This document shows, in pieces, positions 17,846 through 25,678 of a DNA stretch of 64,000 nt. The stretch lies in the NCBI GenBank assembly GCA_016190925.1, contig JACPPQ010000109.1, positions 1,614 through 65,613 on the forward strand. The letters are read 5' to 3'. This DNA is from Chloroflexota bacterium (GTDB lineage: Bacteria; Chloroflexota; Dehalococcoidia; Dehalococcoidales; JACPPQ01). Every line of letters begins with the position of its first letter. Position 1 is the stretch's first letter. The translations under genes were made by a program, and so were the position numbers. Below the pieces are notes generated by a model. It made no database searches, had not been told where the DNA came from, and worked only from the letters and a program-made list of their open reading frames with translations.

Positions 17846-19699
17846 ATGCGTACGAAAAACAAAATCGACCCGGTAACCTTCGAGATTCTGAGACATAGGG
17901 TTGGCGCCATTAATGATGAGGGTGCTTCCAGCTTAATGTTAGTTTCGGGGTCACCGGTGGCCAGTGAGGTTCTCGACTTTAATACCGCCTTACTTAATGC
18001 CAAAGGAGAGGTAATCGTCATCGGCCCGTACATTCTGGAGCACGGTATCTCTCTGGAGCAAATTGTAAAGTACATTATCGCTAATTATCAGGATAACCCG
18101 GGAATTAATGAAGGCGACATGTTCTTGTGCAACGACCCGTATGTGGGAGCTCTCCATCAGAATGATGTCGCCCTGGTGGCGCCGATTTACTGGGAGGGGG
18201 AGCTAGTAGGTTGGACGGGGGTTGCGGTGCATCAGCAGGATGTTGGAGGGCCTGGCAAAGGACAGGTAAGCATAGGCGCAACTTCTATTTTTGAAGAGGC
18301 ACCTGTATTCCCACCCATTAAGCTTATAGAGAGAGGAATTATCCGAAAAGACCTTGAAGGAGAGTACTTCAAACGAAGCAGATTACCAGAGCGCCTCGGG
18401 CTGGACTTGAGGGCTATGACTGCTTCAAACAACGTTACGAGCAGACGTATTAGAGAACTTATTAAAGACCGAGGAATAGAAACCGTAAAATCGACATTCG
18501 ATGCCATCATAGATTATGTTGAAGTCAAGTTAAGAAGCAGATTAATGGAACTCCCTGATGGGACCTGGCGCCATACCGCTTACCTGGATTACGGAGACAA
18601 GATTTACCCCTGTAAGTTAACCATGACCAAGAAGAAAGACAAGCTAGTTTTTGACTTTACTGGGACAGCCGCCCAGGCGCCCGCCGTTATTAATTGCACT
18701 TATCCTGTCTTGCAGGCTATTGTCACGGGAGTTTTTATGATGTACCTGGGATACGGCATATTCCCGCCGAGTTCTGGAGCAGCAGGCAGGTGTCTTGAGG
18801 TAGTTTCTGAACCCGGTACGTTTGTCCATGCGATATGGCCAGCAGGTGTGAGTAAGGCGACCACTGGTGCAAGGTATTCCGTAATCGATGCCGGAAGTGT
18901 TTGTTTAGCTAAAATGCTGGCTGCCAGTGACAAGTACCGGGACCGCGTAATGGCTCCGTGGAGGAGCTCATCTATAATAGCGGACTTATTTGGTATCGAC
19001 CAGAGGGGTGCTTACTTTGGGGCCTCAATCCTGGACTTTATGGCGGGTGGCGCCGGTGCAAGGAGCTATAAAGATGGCATCGACACCGGAGGTCAACTGG
19101 GTGCTCCGGCAATCGCCATCGCTAACGTAGAAACGCACGAGTTCCGCTACCCGATGCTTTTTTTGTACCGGAAACAAGAAAGGGATACAGGCGGGCCTGG
19201 CAAATTCAGGGGAGGAGTGGCACTGGGGTATATGTGGATGCCCCATGACGTAGAGGAAATCTCCAATGCGGTTATTCACGCCATCGGTCTGCAATCGCCC
19301 AATGGTGTAGGTATTTATGGAGGTTATCCCAGCAGTACCCATGTAGTCTCCCTCAAAAGAAATACCAATATACTGGATATCTTCAGGGATGGGAAGCTAC
19401 CGGCAAGCCTGGATGAAATTGACGGCAAATTTGAGATACCTCCTCAACTTGTAGAAACATCTCTTAAGAAGAACGACATAATTGTGGGCCTGGGACAGGG
19501 GGGAGGTGGCTATGGAGACCCAATCGAGCGCGATGCCAGGTTAGTTGCCAACGATGTAACGAATGAGTTAGTTTCCAGAGAATGTGCCAGGGATATTTAT
19601 GGGGTAGTGCTCGACCCTCAAACACTCCAGCCAGACATAAAACAGACTGAGGAACGGAGGCTTGAAATAAAGAGGGAAAGGGCGGGGTGGCAAAAGTAG
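17846..19699 (+). CDS. Hydantoinase B/oxoprolinase family subunit (HyuB; carboxylase alpha-like)
   Basis: This 617-aa ORF starts 3 nt after HyuA. The N-terminus DPVTFEILRHRVGAINDEG is typical of HyuB. Confidence 0.9.
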   Translation: MRTKNKIDPVTFEILRHRVGAINDEGASSLMLVSGSPVASEVLDFNTALLNAKGEVIVIGPYILEHGISLEQIVKYIIANYQDNPGINEGDMFLCNDPYVGALHQNDVALVAPIYWEGELVGWTGVAVHQQDVGGPGKGQVSIGATSIFEEAPVFPPIKLIERGIIRKDLEGEYFKRSRLPERLGLDLRAMTASNNVTSRRIRELIKDRGIETVKSTFDAIIDYVEVKLRSRLMELPDGTWRHTAYLDYGDKIYPCKLTMTKKKDKLVFDFTGTAAQAPAVINCTYPVLQAIVTGVFMMYLGYGIFPPSSGAAGRCLEVVSEPGTFVHAIWPAGVSKATTGARYSVIDAGSVCLAKMLAASDKYRDRVMAPWRSSSIIADLFGIDQRGAYFGASILDFMAGGAGARSYKDGIDTGGQLGAPAIAIANVETHEFRYPMLFLYRKQERDTGGPGKFRGGVALGYMWMPHDVEEISNAVIHAIGLQSPNGVGIYGGYPSSTHVVSLKRNTNILDIFRDGKLPASLDEIDGKFEIPPQLVETSLKKNDIIVGLGQGGGGYGDPIERDARLVANDVTNELVSRECARDIYGVVLDPQTLQPDIKQTEERRLEIKRERAGWQK

Positions 19700-19723
19700 C
19701 TGAATTGTTCAGGAGGCATAAAA

Positions 19724-20005
19724 ATGCAGAGGGTCAATGAATACCTGGAAATTGTTGAAGAAGCTGGGGAAAAAGCCTTCCGCTGCAAATGTGGCTATAT
19801 ACTCGGTCCAGCGACTGATAACTACAAAACGTACGCTCTTAAATGCGAGTCCCCGCTTAAAAAAGCCGGCCCTAATGTGAATCCGTATAAAGTGGGTGGA
19901 GAAAAGTTTGTTTTCAGGGAGTTTTGCTGCCCCGGTTGTTATACTTTGCTTGGTACCGATATTGCATTAAGGGGAGAACCTCTTTTGCGGGATGTGGAAT
20001 TGTAA
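19724..20005 (+). CDS. Small Zn-ribbon protein resembling the acetone carboxylase gamma subunit
   Basis: This 93-aa ORF carries the Cys pairs CKCG and CCPGC. Its position directly after HyuA/HyuB matches the three-subunit carboxylase layout. It is shorter than a canonical gamma subunit. Confidence 0.55.
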   Translation: MQRVNEYLEIVEEAGEKAFRCKCGYILGPATDNYKTYALKCESPLKKAGPNVNPYKVGGEKFVFREFCCPGCYTLLGTDIALRGEPLLRDVEL

Positions 20006-20062
20006 GTCGTCCCTGACTGAGTGTTTTGGTTTGTTTACCTTGAGGGTTAAGGAGGCGTGTTA

Positions 20063-20707
20063 ATGGTAGATTACGCAATACGCCCTGAAAAGACTGCCTT
20101 GATTCTATTTGACATGGTAAACGAGTTTATAAAGCCGGGCGCGCCGCGTGAGAATCCTGAAATCAGGGAAAAATTAGTCCCAAAACTAAGGAAACTGATA
20201 ACGGTATGCCGTACCAGTGATATTCCGGTCATTTATACTAACCATTGCCACCGCGCGGACGGAAGCGACCTGGGAGTTTTGGAAGACATTTATAAATGGT
20301 GGCGGAAAGTAAGGCCCGGGAAAGTGGCGCCGCTCATAGAAGGAACACCGGGAACAGAGGTCTATCATGAAATCGCGCCTCAAAAAGGCGATATCATAGT
20401 CAAAAAGCACAGGTTCAGCGCTTTCTGCGGCACAGACCTGGATATGATTTTGAGACATAAGGGCATAGACACAATCATACTTACCGGAGCTACGACCAAT
20501 ATCGGCCCGGAAACCACGGTGCGCGATGCCACCGTGAGAGATTACAAGGTAATTTTTCCCAGCGATGGTAATCTTTCAAGAGACCTGCCTGACATGGGAT
20601 GGGGGCCGGTGACCAAAGAGGAAATCGATAAAGTGGCATTGAGCACCATGCAGTACTGTTTTGCTCGGGTATTGACAATCGAAGAGTTGATTTCGGAGCT
20701 GTCATAG
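20063..20707 (+). CDS. Isochorismatase-fold protein lacking the nucleophilic Cys (Gly at that position)
   Basis: The track ORF starts at GTG 20057, but the ATG at 20063 has better spacing from AGGAGG. The D and K of the fold are present (ILFDM, VKKHRFSAF). The segment GATTNIGPETTVRDA aligns with G-x-x-T-x-x-C-V and places G where the Cys should be. Confidence 0.7.
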   Translation: MVDYAIRPEKTALILFDMVNEFIKPGAPRENPEIREKLVPKLRKLITVCRTSDIPVIYTNHCHRADGSDLGVLEDIYKWWRKVRPGKVAPLIEGTPGTEVYHEIAPQKGDIIVKKHRFSAFCGTDLDMILRHKGIDTIILTGATTNIGPETTVRDATVRDYKVIFPSDGNLSRDLPDMGWGPVTKEEIDKVALSTMQYCFARVLTIEELISELS

Positions 20708-20709
20708 AC

Positions 20710-22146
20710 GTGGGCACGGAATACAGGGACTTGAGGGAATGGCTCTCGAAAGTCGAGGAAATTGGAGAGCTCAGGCGGGGCAAATCCCTTACCGTAGAAG
20801 AAGACGCCGGCAGGGTAGCGGAGATATTGCCCGCCCTGGAAAACGGACCGGCGGTTATTCTGGATGAGTTAGTAGGGTACGAGCCCGGTTACCGAATCCT
20901 GCTTAATCTCTTCGGCAGCACTCGCAGGATAGCCCTGTCATTTGGATTTCCTATTGACTCGGATAGAAAATCGCTGCTTCAGCACTTTGAAAAGAAACTC
21001 GAAAAGATCGAGCTTATAAAACCAGCCTATGTCGAAACAGGCCCCATATTAGAAAACCGGCTGGTAGGGGATGATGTGAATCTTGACCGGTTTCCTGTTC
21101 CTCTGTGGCATAAGCACGATGGAGGTCCCTACATTGGAACAGGATGCGCGGTGGTTACGCAAGACCCTGACGACGGTTGGGTTAATTTGGGGACCTACAG
21201 AAACCAGCTCTTCGATAAGAAAACGGTGGGATTCTATATCACTTCGGCGGGGCAGGGAAGGGTTCATCGGGAAAAGTACTTCAGTCGCGGAAAACCATGC
21301 CCGGTGGCCGTTGTTTTCGGGATGGACCCTTTGCTATTTACCGGGGGTATGACTGACATTCCTCCAGGCATCTGTGAATATGATTGGGTCGGAGGTTGGC
21401 AAGGCAGGCCGGTGCAGGTTATCAAGGGACCTGTAACCGGTCTTCCGGTTCCTGCTAATGCTGAAATTGTAATCGAAGGTTTCTCTTATCCGGGAAAAAA
21501 CCGGCTCGAAGGCCCTTTCGGTGAGTCGAGGGGATATTATGCATCAGGCGCAAGCGAAGCACCTTACATCGAAGCTCAGGCCCTTTACTTCAGGAATGAA
21601 CCTATTCTTCTGGGAATGCCGTCCCAAAAACCGCCCTACGATGCAGACAAAGCTAGGCAGTATATGAAATCTGCGCTACTGAAACAACAGTTGAAGCAGT
21701 TCGGTATCCCGGGAATAACGGATGTATGGTGCTATGGAGAAGGTAGCTGCAGGCTTTTTGTGGTAGTCGCTATAAAGCAGCAGTATCCCGGACATTCCCG
21801 ACAGGCAGGTCATGCGGTTTATGCCAGCCGCGTAATCACTTACGGGCGCTATGTAATAGTGGTCGATGACGATATCGATGTTGCCGATATCAAAGATGTG
21901 CTGTGGGCTATTACAACCCGTTCTAGCCCGGCAACCTCGGTAGACATCATACACAAAGCGAGGTCATTTCAGTTAGACCCGCTAATCTCGCCTGAGGACC
22001 GGGCGGCAGGCCGATATTATGATTCTCGCGCCATCATCGATGCCACAAAGCCATTCGAATGGAAAGACCAGTTTCCTTTACCCGTACAGACAGACCAGGA
22101 GTACAGGCGGGAAACCAGAAAAAAGTTTGATTATCTTTTTAAATAG
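20710..22146 (+). CDS. UbiD-family decarboxylase/carboxylase, paralog 4
   Basis: This 478-aa ORF has a GTG start 2 nt after the previous stop. The motifs DDGWVNLGTYRNQ and EGPFGESRGYYASG are present. It is a close paralog of 59000..60439. Confidence 0.9.
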   Translation: MGTEYRDLREWLSKVEEIGELRRGKSLTVEEDAGRVAEILPALENGPAVILDELVGYEPGYRILLNLFGSTRRIALSFGFPIDSDRKSLLQHFEKKLEKIELIKPAYVETGPILENRLVGDDVNLDRFPVPLWHKHDGGPYIGTGCAVVTQDPDDGWVNLGTYRNQLFDKKTVGFYITSAGQGRVHREKYFSRGKPCPVAVVFGMDPLLFTGGMTDIPPGICEYDWVGGWQGRPVQVIKGPVTGLPVPANAEIVIEGFSYPGKNRLEGPFGESRGYYASGASEAPYIEAQALYFRNEPILLGMPSQKPPYDADKARQYMKSALLKQQLKQFGIPGITDVWCYGEGSCRLFVVVAIKQQYPGHSRQAGHAVYASRVITYGRYVIVVDDDIDVADIKDVLWAITTRSSPATSVDIIHKARSFQLDPLISPEDRAAGRYYDSRAIIDATKPFEWKDQFPLPVQTDQEYRRETRKKFDYLFK

Positions 22147-22167
22147 AAGAAGGAGGAAACATAGAAA

Positions 22168-22950
22168 ATGGTTAATGTGAAGATATTGGGGATTTCGACC
22201 AGTGTCCGGCATGCTAATACCGAGATTGCCGTCAAGTGGGCAATGGAATCGGCGGCTGAATTGCCGGGAGTGGAGACTGAATTCGTATCGTTGGCAGGAA
22301 AGACCATATATCCCTGTAACAACTGCTATCGGTGTCTGAATTCCGAGGCGGATAACCCCTGCCCTGCCTATGACGATGATTTTAGGGAAATATGTCTCAA
22401 GATGATAGAACCAGATGGGATTATTGTAGGAGCTAATGTTGATTTTCAGACGGCTGGCGTGCTCTTTCACATTTTTAAGTCAAGGCTGATGTCTCTGGAA
22501 ATGAACAGAAAAGTTGGGCCTGAGGCTCTCCGGAACAAGGTATTTGGCTGTATTGCCGTGGGTGGCTCCCCTTATAACGGTATCAACACCGCACAACAAT
22601 ATATGATAATGTGGGCAATACAGAATGATATGCACGTGGTTGGCTGCGGCCCTGATAAAGGCATTACCTGTGGAGGCTTCCTTGGAGCGGGTGGGGCAAC
22701 TTTCCTCGTTAAAGGTTGTGCCAGAATATTCCGGGGGCGCGGGCCGCTCCTGCCCAACACGCCAGCAGAAAAGGAGGCCATAAAAGAGGATGAGGCGTGC
22801 TTCCTCCAGTGCCAGGCCCTGGGTAAAAGGGTCGCAGAAACAGCCAAGGTGATAAAGGCAGGCTTTGATACGGTACCGCCAGAGGAGATGCACTGGCAGA
22901 AGGGTCCGGTTAAGATTGGAGGATACGACTTCGGGCAGAAACAACGCTAA
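22168..22950 (+). CDS. Isf-like iron-sulfur flavoprotein (NADPH-dependent FMN reductase fold), paralog 1
   Basis: This 260-aa ORF begins KILGISTSVRHANTE, a flavodoxin-like start. It carries the Cys motif CNNCYRC-x8-C. The C-terminal block GKRVAETAKVIKAGF is shared with 30116..30913 and 48721..49506. Confidence 0.6.
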   Translation: MVNVKILGISTSVRHANTEIAVKWAMESAAELPGVETEFVSLAGKTIYPCNNCYRCLNSEADNPCPAYDDDFREICLKMIEPDGIIVGANVDFQTAGVLFHIFKSRLMSLEMNRKVGPEALRNKVFGCIAVGGSPYNGINTAQQYMIMWAIQNDMHVVGCGPDKGITCGGFLGAGGATFLVKGCARIFRGRGPLLPNTPAEKEAIKEDEACFLQCQALGKRVAETAKVIKAGFDTVPPEEMHWQKGPVKIGGYDFGQKQR

Positions 22951-22991
22951 TGGGCAGACTATTAAACCACTAAAAGAGGAGGCCTAGTAAA

Positions 22992-23669
22992 TTGCCTGTA
23001 TGGGACGATGTCATCACTGAACGAGATAAACTGGTCTACAATGCCGCAGGCTTCGGCCAGAAAAGAATTGGGTTCGGCCAGAAACCTGCGCTCATTATAA
23101 TCGACGTCACATATGCGTTCGTTGGAGATAAACCGGAGCCTATCATGGAATCAATCAAACGCTTTCCCAACAGTTGTGGAGAAGAAGGTTGGGCAGCGGT
23201 CCGCCAGATTGCTTCTCTGCTGCCGGTAGTAAGAGAGAAAAACATACCCGTAATCTATACTGCCTCGGATACCGTGCAAAAGCCCTCGGCTTGGACAAGC
23301 TGGAAGAGCTCCCGTATGAAAGAGGAAAACAGGGTTGCGACGAATCAGATTGTGCGGGAGATATCGCCCTCCGCCAATGATATTTTAGTTTACAAATCTC
23401 GTGCCAGCATTTTTTATGGCACGCCGTTGCTGAGCATACTCATCTCTCTCCGTGCGGACACATTGCTTGTGTGTGGTTGCACCACCAGTGGCTGCGTCCG
23501 GGCCAGTGCTATCGATGCCTGGTCCAGTAACTTTAAGGTAGCAGTCATTGAAGAATGTGTTTTTGACCGGGCACAAACGAGCCACAAGATAAACCTCTTT
23601 GACATGAATGCCAAGTACGCTGATGTTGTCTCCGTTTCTGATATAAAGGAATATATCGCCAAGTTGTAA
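22992..23669 (+). CDS. Isochorismatase-family cysteine hydrolase (amidase-type)
   Basis: This 225-aa ORF has a TTG start 9 nt after GAGGAGG. The full D-K-C set is present (IIIDVT, VYKSRAS, VCGCTTSGCVRASAIDA). Confidence 0.75.
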   Translation: MPVWDDVITERDKLVYNAAGFGQKRIGFGQKPALIIIDVTYAFVGDKPEPIMESIKRFPNSCGEEGWAAVRQIASLLPVVREKNIPVIYTASDTVQKPSAWTSWKSSRMKEENRVATNQIVREISPSANDILVYKSRASIFYGTPLLSILISLRADTLLVCGCTTSGCVRASAIDAWSSNFKVAVIEECVFDRAQTSHKINLFDMNAKYADVVSVSDIKEYIAKL

Positions 23670-23719
23670 CAAATGAGGCTGGCAGTAACCGGTCGGAAGC
23701 CCTGAAGGAGAAATGAGAA

Positions 23720-24469
23720 ATGAAATATGATGAATTTCTCGGGCTTTTGAAGTATAGGCGAAGCATAAGAGTATTCAAACCGGAGCCGATTCCCGATGAA
23801 TATGTCATGAAAATACTGGACGCGGCCCATTATGCGATGTCCGGAGCTAACTCTCAACCCTGGGAGTTTCTGGTGGTCGAAGACCGACGGAACAGAGAAA
23901 AGCTCTATCAAGCCTATCTCAAGGACTTCGATATGATTTACCATCTGGAACAGCAGCGCACGCCGAAGTACAAACACCCAGCGTTCAAAATGCGGGTTGA
24001 CGATAGAGATGAGGCCATAGGGAAGTTTGCGAACTGGAAAGATGCGCCGGTGTATATATGCGTGCTTGAAGACCCGAGAAAAATGTTCGGCTCGGTGCTT
24101 GCCGCTCGGTCTGATTTTTGCGCCGCCAGTCATAGCATCCTGGCTACCACTATGGGTCACCTGTCAATGACCATACAACTGGCTGTGGCCTCGCTTGGAC
24201 TGGGTTCACAGCGCGTTGACGTTTTTGTCCAGGAACCATACAGGCAAATCCTCGGGTATCCCGAGCCCTTGCGTCTGAATATCATAGTCCCGGTTGGTTA
24301 CAGAACACTTGAGCCGGGGCCTCCGCACCGCCTGCCGTTGGAGGCGCTGGTACATTTTGAAAGATACGATATGAAAAAATATGTGCGCAGCGAGGACTTC
24401 CTGAAATATCTCGGTAAGATAAGAAAACGCGGAAAACGGCACGGAAGTCCTCCCGCTTCCAACAAGTAG
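23720..24469 (+). CDS. Nitroreductase-family flavoprotein
   Basis: This 249-aa ORF contains RRSIRVFKPEPIPDE and SGANSQPWEFLVV, which are hallmark nitroreductase motifs. Confidence 0.8.
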   Translation: MKYDEFLGLLKYRRSIRVFKPEPIPDEYVMKILDAAHYAMSGANSQPWEFLVVEDRRNREKLYQAYLKDFDMIYHLEQQRTPKYKHPAFKMRVDDRDEAIGKFANWKDAPVYICVLEDPRKMFGSVLAARSDFCAASHSILATTMGHLSMTIQLAVASLGLGSQRVDVFVQEPYRQILGYPEPLRLNIIVPVGYRTLEPGPPHRLPLEALVHFERYDMKKYVRSEDFLKYLGKIRKRGKRHGSPPASNK

Positions 24470-24489
24470 ACAGCTTTAAGAGATGGCTC

Positions 24490-25677
24490 CTATTCCCTGC
24501 GACCAAAGATGCCGATTGCGGAAGTAAATGCCCCCGGCCAGCCGCCGATATTATGGACCAGCCCCACTTTGGCATTTTTAACCTGCCTGGGCCCGGCCTT
24601 GCCGCGAAGCTGCTGGCAAATCTCGAAGACCATTCTCAGGCCGCTAGCGCCGATGGGGTGGCCGAAAGATTTGAGTCCGCCATCGGGATTAGCGGGCAGG
24701 CCACCACTCAATTCAAAGAAACCGGAGTTTATGTCCTCGATGGCCTTGCCCCTGGCGCTGAATCCCAGGTCTTCATAGGTCAGCAGCTCGTTTATGGTAA
24801 AGCAATCGTGCAATTCAGCAACGTCTATCTGCTCGCGCGGAGCGGTTATCCCGGCCTCCGCATATGCCAGTTTAGCAGCGGCCAGGTTCTCTTTCCAATG
24901 CGTCCAATTGTAATCAGGGGAAATCTGGGCGTATTCATCGCCGCATGCTACACCCAGTCCTTTAATCAGTATGTAATCGTCGCGGTATTTCTCGGCTATT
25001 TCCGGACGTGTAATGACAGCCGCAGCGGCACCATCGCTCACACCACAACAATCGAAAACCCCCAGGGGCTTGGCAATGATTGGAGAATTAAGTACCACCT
25101 CCAGAGTGACCTCCTGGCGAATGTGCGCTCTAGAGTTTAGAGTCCCGTTATGATGGTTCTTAACTGCAATTTTTGCCATCGCCCTCTTGCCTTCCATGGG
25201 GTCTATTCCGTAGTGATAGAAGTACCTGTTAGCCATTAAGGCAAACTGGGACGGCATCGGCGTAGCCGGCCTCGTGTGGCTCAGTGCCACATCGGGATAT
25301 GAAGGCGGAGAGACCGGGAGGCCGGAAAAACCGTAGTCCTTCAGCTTCTCAACCCCAACGGCCAGGGCTACATCGTACGCTCCTGAAGCTACCGCGTAGG
25401 CGGCATTGCGCAAGGCGTCCGTTCCGGTGGCGCAGGCATTTTCCAGCCGGCTGATTGGAATATCTGGAATATGTAATGGAATCAGTCCTGTCCCCCGATG
25501 ATAGCCATAGCCTGTCCCAATCCACGCTGCCTGGATTTTATCGGGTGATATCTTCGCATCCTCGAACGCTTCATAACAGGAATCGACCACTAGGTCGTAG
25601 AAGCTTTTCTCCCACAGCTCACCAAACCTGGTGCAGCCCGCTCCGATGACGGCAACTTTATCTTTAATACCTTCCAT
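24490..25677 (-). CDS. SCP-x / DUF35-associated type thiolase
   Basis: This 395-aa ORF contains NACATG (nucleophilic Cys) and GHPIGASG. Its start is coupled to the stop of the upstream DUF35 fusion gene (TAG-A-ATG). Confidence 0.85.
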   Translation of the reverse strand: MEGIKDKVAVIGAGCTRFGELWEKSFYDLVVDSCYEAFEDAKISPDKIQAAWIGTGYGYHRGTGLIPLHIPDIPISRLENACATGTDALRNAAYAVASGAYDVALAVGVEKLKDYGFSGLPVSPPSYPDVALSHTRPATPMPSQFALMANRYFYHYGIDPMEGKRAMAKIAVKNHHNGTLNSRAHIRQEVTLEVVLNSPIIAKPLGVFDCCGVSDGAAAAVITRPEIAEKYRDDYILIKGLGVACGDEYAQISPDYNWTHWKENLAAAKLAYAEAGITAPREQIDVAELHDCFTINELLTYEDLGFSARGKAIEDINSGFFELSGGLPANPDGGLKSFGHPIGASGLRMVFEICQQLRGKAGPRQVKNAKVGLVHNIGGWPGAFTSAIGIFGRRE

Positions 25678-25678
25678 T

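Noticed and set aside
22168-22950. Flavoprotein next to UbiD-4, considered as the missing UbiX prenyltransferase.
   Set aside because: Its length (260 aa), the CxxCxxC motif and the ILGIS..S.R..NTE start fit Isf/FMN-reductase-type proteins, not UbiX.
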